This document shows positions 24,661 to 37,622 of a DNA stretch of 64,000 bases, piece by piece. The stretch's first letter is position 1. Each line of letters begins with the position of its first letter. The stretch comes from Marsupella aquatica (taxonomy: Eukaryota; Plantae; Marchantiophyta). The stretch spans positions 14,449,934 through 14,513,933 of the forward strand of contig OZ316899.1 of NCBI GenBank assembly GCA_973895155.1, written 5' to 3'. The position numbers and the translations under genes were made by a program. The notes below the pieces were generated by a model that was not told the DNA's origin, did not search any database, and saw nothing but the letters and a program-made list of their open reading frames with translations.

Positions 24661-26307
24661 CGGATCATTCAGACCTTCTCTGTTGGAGAAATGTTCTCAA
24701 CTGCATGATGACTGAAGGTGAGCTGCAACGGGCTGTATTTACAGAAGGACAGAATTGTGAGTTGAATGGTGATCATGGTGATGGTGGTCGGTAGTACTCG
24801 GTGTTCTTCCGATTCTGCTTGGGGTGCCGTTCTTTTGCTTTTGCTTGGGATATTGAGTTTTCTTAGACAATGAGATGCATGCTCTTGACTGTGAGGTTTA
24901 GGAAGCATTTGGAGCTTAAATTGGGAATGACAACGACAAGTAGAAAGAATTTTGGTCTCCTTCTCTATTGCTGAGGATGTCGCAAGGGTTTAAGGCTTTA
25001 GGGATCGTGGTTGACTCGTGGATTGCCAGTTCTAAGGGGATGAGCACATTGACAATGGATTCAATCTTGTTTTGTATAAGATATGGTACACTCTGATCAG
25101 CTGGCCCATCCTGGGTTTGATGGAGTCTAGCCATAGGTGCTATTGTGCTTGGTTACTCACTAATGTTTGGTGATCTAATTATCTGGACTGAATGTTGGCA
25201 TGAGAATCCTTTCATCTTGTCTGCTTGCTAGGCCTTGTGCTTTAAATACTCATCAAATGATTGATTAGTTGTGACTCTTATCAGATTGATCATGGAACGA
25301 TTGGTTAGTTCTTGTGCTTTTCTAGGAAATGCTATTGCAACCTTTCAGCTTATGCCTGCTTATAATGCTATTGCAAGCTTGGCAGTGACCTGAACTCAGC
25401 CTAAACAACCTGCAAACTGCTGCAACGGTCCGTGAGGTTATCAATTGCAACTGAGCCTGGGATGTGTGCATGTTGTTGCTGCATCTGATTGAGCTGGTAA
25501 GGTGCTGTCTCCGATTGAGTTGCTACCTCCAATCGGGCAATGTGAGCTTTTGGTCAATGGTAGTGACATTTCTGTTGTTGAGTTAGACTTTTGGGGCTTT
25601 GCTGACATTGTTGCATTGGGCATCTGAGATGCGACTTGCAGTTTGAGGAGACGCAACAACATTTGTTTTAGGAGGCACGAGAACATCAGTTTGAGGCTCA
25701 GGCAACTTGACATGTGACTTGCAGTTTTAGGAGGCGCAACAAGATCAGTTTCAAGAGGTGACTTGAGATGCAACTTGCTGCTGCTAATCAAGTTTGATTA
25801 ACAGTGAGTTAAAATTCTGTTGCAACCTTTGAGTTGGGCTACATTTGTAATGCTGCAAGGTTTGAGGTGACCTGTACTCAATTGAAAAGTCTTTAGCCTA
25901 TCTGAGCTTGTCCTTTAAAACATTCAGGGATTCATCCTTGTATATAAACTGAAATTCATTTCTAGTAAGTCTATTTGCCACATGCATCATCTCATTTTAC
26001 CAACAAAAAATGATTTGATAGGCTATCAGGGCCAGTCATGAAATCTCCAGTTTTTTAACCATGGTCTTATGGTTTCAGGAGCGAGTGGACCTGCTGACGT
26101 GAAAGGAGATTGAGATCTACATCTGAAATCAATCAAGACAATCTCCCAATTTCATTGCCTTCCTCTTGGTTGAGTATAGTTGGTGAGTGCTCTGCATTTT
26201 GGCCCCACATTGGATTGCAATATGCAAGTGGTAGAATGTGTTTTATGACATCCAATGTAACAGTTTAATAACTCTTCAAGTTTTCTTGTTCATGTCCAGT
26301 GGTCATA

Positions 26308-26955
26308 ATGGCTAGGACCAAGCATAAAGCCAGAAAGAATGATACTCGAACGAGAAAGGAGAAAGATGTGTTGATGATTGAATTGTGGTCAGACATTGAG
26401 AAACGTTAGTGTAGTCCCCAGCTTTGTGGCATTTGTGATTGGCATGGAGATCTGGCCATGTGTGATGGGGCTTGCCATCGGCACCATGTTTCCAAAGTTG
26501 GTGAGGCTGTCGGCAGGTGCCCTGCCGTATTTATTGCACCAGGCAAGGATGACGATCCTTGGTATTGTCTAGAGTGTAAGGATAAGACATACAGGTGTTT
26601 TCAATGTGGCATTGTATCTGTTGCAGCCAGGCAGTGCCCCCAGCCATATTGTGTTTGTTTTTATTGTCATGGATGCTTGCCACTTGATGTGGAGTCTTGC
26701 CCCATCCATACATGTGTTGCATGCCAGCAAGACCATCGTGACCCTCATTTGGCAGAGGCCGTGCAGTGTTTGAGATGTCCCAAAACTTGGCATCGTACTT
26801 GCCTAGCCGAGAGCCAGCGTCAAGGTTTTGCACCGGACAGAGTGCCCTGGCATCATACTGCACATGACCAGGGATGTTGGATGATTTACTGTCCTGACCA
26901 TCCTATTGACCCTGCTCTAGGCACGGCGGCTCATGATCACATCTCTTGGCTTTGA
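26308..26955 (+). pseudogene. EDM2-like atypical PHD-finger cluster with N-terminal histone H3/CENH3-like tail; one in-frame stop
   Basis: ATG 26308 reads MARTKHKARKNDTRTRKE...EKR*CSPQLCGICDWHGDLAM, in frame with ORF 26458-26955 (CDGAC..H, CLEC..RCFQCG, CPIHTCVAC, CLRCPKTWHRTCL, MIYCPDHPIDPALGTAAHDHI). This parallels the EDM2 PHD region. Confidence 0.8.
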
Positions 26956-27564
26956 TTGACGTGGTCCATTTTGGTTCAAATACATCAATACTACTATAGA
27001 CATCGATACACTTAGTTAATGGAACAATGACAGTTTGTTTGCATCACACATTTTCTTCACGCATTTTGTTTATTGTGTGAATGGTTAGCACAAGCATGGA
27101 GACAATGCTCCGGGTTTAATTCACTAAGTCTAGCTGTCTAGAAAATCAAAGTACTCAAACTCTACTTATTTATTTGGTAATTACTTTGTATACCAGTATG
27201 AGGACCATCCCAGTTGATGTTTATGGATGTCAATACTTTGGATGTGATTGAATTGTTTGGACCCAGTGTTTATACGGTTGTCTTGGTTGTTGGGTGTCAT
27301 GGATGGGGCACTGTCAATGGGGTATTTTCTTCAACCTGCTGTCTGTGGGTAGCAATAGAATTTCAGGTTTGAAAGAAGCATCCTAAACACATGCAACGTA
27401 AGACATAAAACGTAAAACCTTTCTGCAAATAAAAATTCACAATATAAACTCAAAGAGACAACTACGGAGTGGCAAGTATAGATTATGAGGGAGCTGAACT
27501 TATTGTCGTGTCCATGTTGTAGGTTCTCACCAGTGAATGTTAGAGGTGAAACACTACACTTGGT

Positions 27565-28014
27565 ATGTCATTTTTTCTAGACTACCAGACCATATGTAGA
27601 CCCCTCATACGGGTGGCTACATGGATGTATTTTGTGGTGGTTTGGCTGGTTGGTTTGGTAATCCGAAAATTTGTACCCCCACCTGGCAGAATCATTGTGA
27701 ACCTTGAATCTATTGTACAATATTGTAGGGCAAATGAGGAGGAGGTTTACTTTTTGGCAGATGAGTGTGAAGCTGGGTGTGAAGAGGATGATGAGGAATG
27801 TAGTAGTTTGCTACATGTTTTGCCATATGATTTACTAGTCACAAATGTATGGCCTAGGTTCTTTCCATGTCATCAGCGCAGGACATTTGCCAATATATAT
27901 CGACTCATTAGTACCCAATGGAGAGACTTGGTAGCCATGTCCCCACAATGGAAGGCATTGAAACCACTACTTGTAGGCACAGATCGTAGAACACCATGGC
28001 ATGATCTTGGTTAG
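27565..28014 (+). CDS. F-box-like protein fragment
   Basis: LLHVLPYDLLVTNVWPRF...YRLISTQWRDLV fits the F-box pattern LP.DL...R....R.V.K.WR.L. Confidence 0.55.
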   Translation: MSFFLDYQTICRPLIRVATWMYFVVVWLVGLVIRKFVPPPGRIIVNLESIVQYCRANEEEVYFLADECEAGCEEDDEECSSLLHVLPYDLLVTNVWPRFFPCHQRRTFANIYRLISTQWRDLVAMSPQWKALKPLLVGTDRRTPWHDLG

Positions 28015-28769
28015 ACTTAGATGACTTAATGTACTTGCCTGAGTACCTGAGGGTTGACTATCATCGAGCACAGGAGTGGTATTTGTACTGATCTGATAAG
28101 ATTCACAGATCTGATATCACTCTAGTGGAGTGGGTTTCTATGACTATACACCATTGTATTCTGATATGGTCATGGATGTACGTGCAGAGTGGCCTAGAGG
28201 TGTGGAGTCCAGTGCTGGTACCATTAGAGTGGAGGATTGCAGTATCCAGAGAGCTTGCAGAGGTTGCAAGGTACATGGGTCCTCTACATTCTGGAAAATT
28301 GAGTGGAAGACGTTGATTGGATTGACTTGAAGTGGCTGAAACAATGTTGAGGAACTTTTGTGGTAGTCAAGATGACTTGAATAGGAGGGATGACAAGTTA
28401 TGGAGTCGACAGATTGCAGCCTGTAGAGCTGCTGGGATGACAAAGATAAAATGTCCTTGATACATTTGGAACTGTAGGGGTAATCGTGTGAGTCTAGGGA
28501 CGGTCAAAAGCACCTCATTCAGAATTCTTGCCACCCATTGCAAAGGTATTGGTGGGGAGAGGACTGTGACTCTTTTGATGATGAGTGGAATGCACGCTGC
28601 ATGGAGGGGGATGGTGCATTTGAGGGCCCTGTGGACAATGCAAGATGTGCAGAGGAACTTGCCAATGATATGGATTGTGGCATAGATATCCCTGGGATAC
28701 TAGAGGACCTGATTATAGCACACCGGGGTCTGCCAGATTTTGGGTTTAGACGGTATTCTTGGATTACTA

Positions 28770-30200
28770 ACCACCTGGGGGTATGGATATGGGGTATGGA
28801 ACCCTGTATTGTGGCCGCTTAGTGTGCAAGGTCCCGTCATACTCATCTGGAACACCGCCTTGGCTGGATCCTCGAAGAACTACTCCATAGTGCTCCCCTT
28901 TGGCTTGGATTGTCCGGGCTCCAACTCCATCTGGTGTACGCGAGTATTCCACCTTGGGCATTCCTGCACCACGTTTCCAAACTGATAACACTTAGAGCAC
29001 CAAGCATGTGCTCAGGTTTCCGGTGGTTTCTTTTTGTGTGGTGGTTTTTCCGCCAAATGCACGGATAGTGCTTTCAGGCGGTCTGTGATCTCGTCCAACT
29101 TCTCTACCTCCGTGGCCTTGGGGTCTACGGCGACAACCTTTGATCATGGTCTATGTTTACCCGTGTCTGCCTGAGAGTCCTTCTTCCTTTGTCGGTTACA
29201 AGAATCTGACTTGGTATCACTGGAGGACAAAGCTGCCGAGGTCTCGGCTGAGGTTGGACTACTGGATAGTGAATCACTAGACTCTAAGTCGGAGTCTGAA
29301 GAGGAGCTCGTCCGCCCCTTCTTCTTACGCTGCTTCCTTCTCTTCCTTCTTTTCTCATCATACTCTGAGTCTGAATTGCTAAAGGTCTGATACCTCCTGC
29401 TCTTCTTATGCTTTGTTCTCCGATTAAGCTGAGAGGCGTAGTGTGATTCCCAAAAGGATTCCGCACTCTTGATTGCCTATTGTAGGGTGGTGGTCTTCTT
29501 ATCCAACATTAAGAATGCCATCTTTTGAGGTAGTGTGTTGACAAACCACTTTCTCAAAAGGGAGTCATCGGGCTTAGGCCGAATCTTGGCGGCAACCTTC
29601 TGGAACCTTTGCAAGAATTTGGGAAGTGAGTCATGCTTACCCATCTGCATCCGTCCAATCTTTGACAGGGCTCGGTATTCAATACCCACAGGCCTGAATT
29701 CTTGCAAGAATGCTGACTGAAATTGGGCCCACGTGAAGCCGGGTGTTTGCAAGTTAAGCCACGACCACGCTCCTCCCTGTAGCAGGCCTGGAAGAATGGT
29801 TAGCTTAATGGCTTCCTTGCCATTTTCTTTGGCCGTGGCCTCAAATTTAGCTAACCATTCATCTAGGTCGTCCGTGGGTCGTCCCTTGAAGGGTCGATAG
29901 TGGAACCAAGATCGCTGCAACACAGTATTCTGCACCACAGGGGGCGTAGCGCACCTGGTACTTGTGGGGCTAGCTGGACCGGCGGAACTGGTGGCGTCCC
30001 CCCCGTAGTTGGTGCTTGGGTTCCCATTGGAATAAGTGATCCGTCTGGGAGGCCTGGCTCCTTGCGTTGTTCCCTTCCAAACTTGATGCTCCTTCTGTGT
30101 ACTGTAAATACGCAGATCGCGAGCGGGTAAGGGGCATGCCCCCTTCTTCCCATCAAGGACACAATCATATGTTAATAACTCACTACACAGCTCCACTCGT
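28770..30200 (-). pseudogene. gag of a Tat-like Ty3/Gypsy element, truncated before pol
   Basis: ORF 29477-30235 (PFKG..DDLDEWLAKFE..AWSW..TW..F..AFLQEF..WFVNTLP); knuckle WCSKCYQFGNVVQEC near 28960-29005. Confidence 0.8.
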
Positions 30201-30216
30201 AAGGCAAAATGAGTGC

Positions 30217-30234
30217 CCCCTCCATCTAGCGCCA
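30217..30234 (-). promoter_or_regulatory. Primer-binding site, Tat-type (TGGCGCTAGATGGAGGGG)
   Basis: Follows the minus-strand LTR end at 30240; resembles the TGGCGCTAGA PBS of Tat-lineage elements. Confidence 0.75.
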
Positions 30235-30239
30235 AAAAC

Positions 30240-30805
30240 TGGCCCGTCGTATATGTCGCGCCAATAACCCTGGCCTTAAATCCGAGTTAGCTCATTGGCG
30301 CCTGCACGACCACCAGTAGGGGTGAGGTTTTGGGCAAGGAGGTGTGTAGTGGCCCTAGCTAGTCCAAGTCGGACTATGTAGATATACGTACCGGTATAAT
30401 ATTACACAACCATTATTGACATCATAGGTATGTTTGTTTTCCACCGTTGGAAGGCTCCCATAGTTAGTGACTCGGACTAACTCTTGGCTTGGGGACTTTC
30501 AAGCCATTGCCGCGACTAGAACTTTGCAACATGCACTTCTTTGACAATCCCAACCATTAGTCCGCACCCCGTACATCCCTCAAAATGGCCCCTTTGTCTA
30601 GGCAAGGCATGCATGCAACACCACTTACTCGCAAGAGATCAGAGGGAAAATGCCAGGTTTACTCAGATAAGAAGAACCAATTTACATAGTTGACTCGACT
30701 TCTAAGTGATCAATAGGCCTAATGGCAGTCAATGCCCAGTTTCTATGAGGCCTTGCCTTGCACTTGCCCAGCAAGCTTGACTCTGGCTCTCACTCCTTAG
30801 TGCTT
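30240..30805 (-). repeat. Tat-like LTR, 3' part (remainder at 62273-62333)
   Basis: Bounded by the PBS on one side; after removing the Athila-like insertion it continues to a minus-strand TG at 62333 and a PPT. Confidence 0.65.
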
Positions 30806-31780
30806 TGTGGAAAGCCTTTTTTGTGGAAGTATTCTAAGGAGTATTAAATCTACATTTTTCAAATCTTTTGAAGCATTTTAAGTGACAAAATGAAGTCACT
30901 TAGAGAAGATGAAGGAGTTAAGGACATAAGATCAGTTTAACCAACAAACTGTTTTGACAAATTATTTTCACATCTGAAGAATCATTCAAGCTTTTTAAGT
31001 TGGATTTTGATTCAACTTCTCTTAAACCATTTTTCCTCTCCCTTTTTGCACCCGAGCTCATTAGATAGAACTTAGTTTAGCCAAAACTACTTTAGTTATC
31101 ATTAGTAGTTTTAACTTAGGAAAGTAGTTCAAACTACTCACCTCTTCAGATCTTCAATTAATAGTTAGTTTGGAGGTAGTTTAGTAACCTTTTCAGATCT
31201 CTTTGATCTGTGAGGGAGTATTACAATTGAACTCCCAAGCAAAATTGTCTTGTCATTTTCTCTGGAAATGATTTGTGACCAGTATGGGTCTTTTCCTCAT
31301 GCCAGGTTGGGCTTAGGAGGAAGAATCGTAGAAATGAGAAAATGCACCACCCAAATTCCATTGTTATTTATGATTTCCCTCGTGCATTTCTTGTAAACCT
31401 TGGAATGAATGAATACATTTTAAGAAAATGTTTCTTTGGTTTTGTATGGAAAAATATGAGTAAAGTTATGAAATCTAGAGTTTAGAGAATTGTAATGAAA
31501 TTTACTAATGTAAAATCGATCTCTGTTGAGTATAAGGAATTTAGGAATGGAACGAAAATCAAACTTCTATTGAGAAGGAGCGATAATCTGGAGTTTCCAT
31601 ATTAAAACGATTGATCATAAATATTTTGAGTGATACATAGTAGTTGTGTAAGGAAAGAGACTCCTAAAGATCTCAAAATCCTTAATACCATCATAAGTTG
31701 ATTTCCTTTATTCCTTACGGGAACGAATTTGAGTTTCTAAGATACATTTTATACAAGTTTCATCTAAAACACTTACCACA
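30806..31780 (+). repeat. 5' LTR
   Basis: Highly similar direct repeat of 60970-62267 once the MITE is removed. Confidence 0.95.
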
Positions 31781-31789
31781 TATTCTTTT

Positions 31790-31807
31790 TGGCGCCGCTG
31801 TTGGGGA
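31790..31807 (+). promoter_or_regulatory. PBS, Athila-type (tRNA-Asp-like) TGGCGCCGCTGTTGGGGA
   Basis: 9 nt after the LTR; near-match to TGGCGCCGTTGCCGGGGA. Confidence 0.85.
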
Positions 31808-32455
31808 ATAAACTAAGAGATCGATTTATGAAGACAGCGGATTGAAGTTGGCCAATAGATTGGAAACTGCGGACAAATTGAAGCGTGAAGGCTGCGCCAA
31901 AGCTTAACAAATCGTTCGTGACGGAGGATGATTTGTGGATACCGCCCTTGGTGTTTAAGTTTGATGTACAACCATTCACCATCAAGAATGCACCCAAAAT
32001 GTATGTCAAAAGGATGACCAAGGTACTCCATCAAATCCTCAAAGAGGAAACAAATAACAAGGTTCAGGAAACAGAACCGCTGACCCTTGACGCCAAGAAA
32101 GAATCGTCTTGACAAAATGAATTGATAGACATATCAATTCATTGGTAATTAAGATTGACGGGTATCATAGGTTGCAAATGTTTATGATCTAAGATAGTAT
32201 TTAAGGATTTGATGTTGTGCGGTAGTAGGAATCTGAATTCCGACAGCTTCAATTTAAATTGCTGAATGAGCAACACAAATAAAAATGGTTACAAAATTTG
32301 GGGATTTTCAATTGCGCCAAATTAACGTAACAATGTGGTTTGGAATTCGGAATATATGGAGGAAGTCTGATACATATTTTTTTTCTTCTTCTTTTTTCTT
32401 AATGGAGTACGTTCCTGAATGAATAATTAGAATTGTGAAGTAAGGATGGATCTCC

Positions 32456-33466
32456 ATGAGTACAGACAGTACTAACCCCAAAGAGAGAGAGATACGCTAT
32501 CGAAATAGAGAAGAGAAGAAACGCCTTCACGCCCAAGCACAACTTGAAGAGCAAAGGTCAATATCGGCCTCTATAGATCGAGGAAAAGCCCCTATCAACA
32601 GAGATAGTCCAGTTCCTTATGTTGATCTTATGAGATATGTACTAGGTGGTTCCATTGTTGAAAAGGAAAGAGCGAAGGATGATTTCAATCACCAAGGAAT
32701 AACTGACTTAGAGATTCAACCCAAATTTTTGACTGTAGCAAAAAAGGTGAGAAATTTAGAAGAATCCGTTACTCTTGATATAGATGTCCTCGATAGTAGT
32801 CCTAGAGTAGTAATTAGTTCTGCAATTAGAAATAATTTGTTGCCCCCGATTCCATTACGAATAGTCAATAGTCAAGTTCAGTAACCTACTGTTAGATTAC
32901 CTACTACTTTGGCATTTGCCATCATGACGACTTCCACTAGATTGAGATATACAACTTTAAAGGCAGAGGCCAGGACCCAGATGATTGGCTGGGTGAATTC
33001 TTGTCGACGGCCAAAACTAATAAAGAGAACACAGAGCCCAATCTCCTCCAAATTTTTGAAGGTCTGATGAAGAAAGAGGCCCATAAATGGTACACTTTAT
33101 CCCTCACTCCTACCATTCAGGGAAGTTGGTTGGACTTGCAAACCGCTTTTCGGAACGAATTTCGAGAAGCAGGAGCGACTTCGAGGGTACTTCCTCGGTT
33201 AAGGAGAATTCGCATGCAAAAGAAAGATACCCTAAAGACTTATTCTCAGGAGGTAAGGAAATTGATTTTGAAATTAAGACCTTTACCCAATGATGACATG
33301 CAAACCAAATATTTTGTAGGAGGGCTACCACGCAAAATGAATCGGTATGTCAGAAGAGCACACCCTGCCAACTTAGCGGCAGCGATTGAGGCTGCACAGG
33401 AATTTGAGGATACTAAGATGTCCCAGCGGAAGGAGCTCAAGAACGAGGAAAAATGAGAAAAGGAAC
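32456..33466 (+). pseudogene. gag, 5' part
   Basis: AHKWY..SWLDLQTAFRNEF..YFVGGLP..PANLAAAIEAAQ; stops; interrupted at 33467. Confidence 0.85.
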
Positions 33467-33998
33467 CACAACTACAATTTTTAACGTTGCTTGCCCTATG
33501 AACGTCTTCAACGTAGACGTTCAATTGGATCACGTTGGACAAGACGTCATTCCATATAGCTGAAGATGTTAGGCCAACGTCGTAGAATATGGTGCGACAA
33601 TCGGAACTATTTTTACGTCGTGTGATACGACGTAAGATTTATGTCTCCTCATCCGGGTAATTATACATCGTCTAGAAAGAGGTAAAATTAATTGCGTCGT
33701 CCAAAGCGTCATAATATACAGTTTGTTGGACGACTTGTAAAAGTACATAGGAATCTGAGAGGTTAAATCCATTCTAGAGCTCTCATGGACGTTTGAGAGT
33801 TACTCTGCCACATGATATGTGCAAGACATCATTTTGGTCAACGTAAATGACAGAAATTCCTTGTTGACTCGGGTTTTCTACCCGTGGCTTTTGGTTCATA
33901 GCTGCTAAGACCTTCCAAGACTTGCATTCAAGAGTTTTTGAGTGAGCTCTCGTCTTGAGTAGGGAGAAATTTTTGTGGGGGATAGAAAGTGCTAAGCT

Positions 33999-34559
33999 AT
34001 GGTGCGCAAGCTATTCAAGGATGTGCATTGTTGCTTCCTTCCTCTCGGTGAAGAGGACAAGACTGTGCGTGGGTTCTTTTGTCGTGGAGGTGTTATTGAG
34101 AAGTTGTGTACCTCAGAGACAGACTACTTGCTGGCCTATACCTGGAAAGATGTTGTTGAGCACTTCAGTGACTACCCAGGATTGATTGAGCACTTTGCGG
34201 AGACAGTGCATTTCATTTCTATCCGTTGGGTTGAGTGCTCCATTCTGGCTAACAAGGAGTTGGATCCAGGAGACTTCTTGTTGCAGCCGGGTGATCATGA
34301 GATCCTTGATGATTTGCCCAAGCCTGATGATGGTGAGGCATATCCACCTACCTTCTCTAAATGTGGGTTATCGCCTACTGAGCTTGGGATTGTATTGTAC
34401 GATTACAAGGAAAGTTGTGCAGCTGAGGTTGAGGCTGAAAGGCTGAAGGTTGGGGAAGCGGTTGTGCGGAAGAAATGGAACCAAAGCCAGAGGCATGATT
34501 CATACAAAGCAAGGAAGGCCGATGAGGAGTACTACTGGTCTGGTGAAGGGACCCCTTAA
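33999..34559 (+). CDS. Unknown 186-aa ORF inside the CACAA element
   Basis: Uninterrupted ATG ORF of normal complexity, followed by aataaa at ~34684; no recognised domain. Confidence 0.55.
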   Translation: MVRKLFKDVHCCFLPLGEEDKTVRGFFCRGGVIEKLCTSETDYLLAYTWKDVVEHFSDYPGLIEHFAETVHFISIRWVECSILANKELDPGDFLLQPGDHEILDDLPKPDDGEAYPPTFSKCGLSPTELGIVLYDYKESCAAEVEAERLKVGEAVVRKKWNQSQRHDSYKARKADEEYYWSGEGTP

Positions 34560-35112
34560 GCAACAATACTTCAAATTGCAGCTGGTGGTGGGGTTTAGGT
34601 TCCATGATTCGCATAGGTTAGCATTGCTTTAGTGGAAAGACATTGTGTTGTGAAATGTATAACTTGTGTGTTCATATCACCTTAATAAAGACACCCATGA
34701 TTGTATTATTTTGATTGTGGCGGTGAATGTGCCCTTTCAGTGTGTGCACTGTGAGTAACGTCGCCCCTCACACGTTACGTTGTCCTCCACGTTGTCCCAA
34801 AATAGTTTACGTATCATAATAAGATGTTCCACAATTTACGTCCTTTAGGGCTACGTTTATTTACATCGTAATTTAGTATCACGTCGTGTAGGGCTACGTA
34901 AGAATGATGTTAAGTTAGTGGTTTACGTCATTTTTGGTGGGGTTTCGTGACGACGTACGGGTTTTCTACGTCGCTTTGGGTGTTACAAATGGGATGTTTA
35001 ATTATATAAACGACGTAAATGAGGACTGTCCAACCAGATTTGTATATATGTAAAGGATGGCTACGACCAATATACATGCATCCAAAGCATCATGACAGTG
35101 GTGATGGTCATA

Positions 35113-37622
35113 TCAATCAGCATCATCTACAATTGCTGATTGCATCAAACCCTTCCTCCGCCGTGGGAAGATGGGAATGACAATGGACCACCCTCTCATA
35201 GTCTGCATGGGCACCATAATACACTGATCCACTTGGCTAGGAAAAACTATGGTATCACTAACCTCAGTCCCGCTTGGTGCTACACGAGTCGTGTCCACCC
35301 GGTAAAATTCACACTCATCTTTCACCATGGTGGCTCTCACAAGAGGTGACATGATGGACTTGTGCCACCGCACCTCTAACACAGTAGTGGTAAATGACCA
35401 AAAGTCAACATCTAAAATGTCCAATACAGTGCCGCAATAAGGAACCTCAACATCACCTCGGTCTGTCAACATGAACACTCGTGAGTTACATGTTGTCTTT
35501 TTCATATGGTCTGTCCTCCAAGTCCAAAAGTGGTGCCTCGACTCATACATGTGTGTATGATTTGTTGCCCACATCGATGGCCCCCTAATGATGTTCTGAA
35601 CATCAATCGGGATGGATGTGGGCCCATGCTCTGCCAGGCCCCTCTCCATGTGCTCCAATGCCCATGCGTGGAATGATGCAATTGTGCATACATGTCCTGC
35701 AATAATTGGCTGTCGCTCCCTCCATGCCCTGGCATTTGTATACACAAATATTGTTAGAAATTTGCAATATCCTATGGACAAAAAAGTACTCCCCAACTTC
35801 ACAATCTAAATGCCTCATACCTGTACAACTCCCTCCAAGCTGACATGTCAGGGCGGTTTTCCAACACATAATTGTGGATTTGTCGTCAAAAAATGTCGTC
35901 ATGTAGTGACCGCTTCTTCGACGCACCCATCACGCGCAACCCACCATTGTCCTCATCCTGTGCCTCTTCCCAAGTTGTGGGAGCTGTAGGGTCCAAAATC
36001 CCTATCATCCCCCCTGAATAGAAGAGGCACTCAGACATAATGTACCCTGTTGCCATGCTTCCCTCTGGTCGAGCTGGTTGACGTACCATGGACTTGAGCA
36101 CTTTCATGAAGCGCTCAACCCAATACATCCACCGCGCATGAACTGGACCATCAATAGCTACCTCATCCACGAGGTGACATAGCAAATGCAATTGCATGTC
36201 AAAGAGACAAGGAGGGAACACCTTCTCCATATTGCACATCACACGTGCTGACCTCTCCCTCATCAAAGGAATCTCACACTCCTTTATCTCCTTAGCGCAT
36301 ACCCACCTATATTCCACCTCATACAATCCAATTGATTTAATATCACAATCACACCAAGCAGTTGCCAAAATTACCAACTTAATTAATTATAATACTGGTA
36401 ATGATAAAAATTAAGCCCAAAACAACAAGTCTCTAGTTTTAAACTTAGGGTTTAGGGTTTTAAACCCTAAACTTCTTTAAAAACATACTTGAAATAGAGC
36501 ACAAGTCGTAAATGGTGAGTCGAAGTAGGCGTCTTTCTCGCGAGTCATCGCAACAACGCAAGACGGCAGGCAGCACATGTTGAATCAACTTGTGATAATC
36601 ATGAGACTTTAGCCCTATTGGGGGCATGTGGTCATTTCTGCTAGTGCACCCACGAAAGCCGGCTCCATAGTGGCTAGGGAATTTCATCTCACAAATCATC
36701 CCATTAATTTGCTTTAATGTCTCCTTTGGCAATACCCAAGGAGCAGGTGGTTTCCCCCCAGTACTTGTCATCCAGCAAGACTTCACAACTCCTACATTCT
36801 CAGCACCCTCTCGGACTTTACGAGTATCATTTCATCCATAAATGTGCTTCAACAAATTCTTAGCAACATTCACTTTGATGTGCATGGGGTCCAACAACCA
36901 CCGGACCTGGAGGATCTGGAGCATGAAAAAACAATAATGTTGGAGTTCACTAATAAATTTCTCAATAGCAATAGTTTTCAATGAAGACTCCAATTTGCAA
37001 TTAGAAAAATTAACCATTTGCTTTGTCTCACTTACCCTCCAATAAGGCAAGTCCCACAAAGCTGAGCGGCGATTTACTCCACAATCTTTGGGTTTGAGTA
37101 ACTTTGCCTCCACCATCTCTACCATTTGGATCTGCCCTTCAGCTGAAGGGCCATTGGGACATGGTCTTAACTCACTTTCTGCCCAATGAGTTGTGTTTCG
37201 CCGCAAGTGATCATCCATTGACAAGCGGACCCTACTTCCCTCATATGTGGTTTTGTGCAATAGTGATGAGTACCTCCCATGCAACTCAGGACCACATGAA
37301 GGGCAAGCTGAATAACCTGCCACCTTCAAACCAGATATTGTTCCCATACCTGCACATGATATTTTGGGTCCATAGAATATGTCATTATCTCTATTACATT
37401 GTACAATATAATGCAATTAGAAAAATGCTCTAGGTTGTCTTGTGAATTACCTGGACCATCGGTGGTGCAATGGGTGATCATCACTCTCATCTGGAATATC
37501 TTGCCATTGCTTGGAGCCCGAGTGATATCTGTGGTAGGTGCCCCAACCTCCCACAGGTTTTGTAGCTCTTCATAAGCTGGTGCCAAGCAGACATCTGGAT
37601 TCTTGCAGGCCTCAGGACCAGG
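35113..37622 (-). pseudogene. CACTA TnpD-like transposase, central and C-terminal exons (Transposase_21 / DUF4218 / DUF4216-like)
   Basis: PGP...EEL..LW..G, ACPSC, LWDLPYW, LDPMHIKVNV, GLKSHDYH, FPP..FD...HL..HLVDE..GPVHARWMYWVERFMKVLK..PEGSM. Confidence 0.92.

Larger units (their letters stand above)
18974..28770. mobile_element. CACTA element left end and putative cargo-bearing body; right end not found
   Basis: CACTAGAAGAAAA at 18974 exactly where gag homology stops, followed by AT-rich subterminal motif repeats. The extent to ~28770 is inferred. Confidence 0.55.

Noticed and set aside
26407-26409. Stop rescue by U-to-C RNA editing
   Set aside because: Such editing is organellar; this is nuclear TE sequence and mutation is the simpler explanation.
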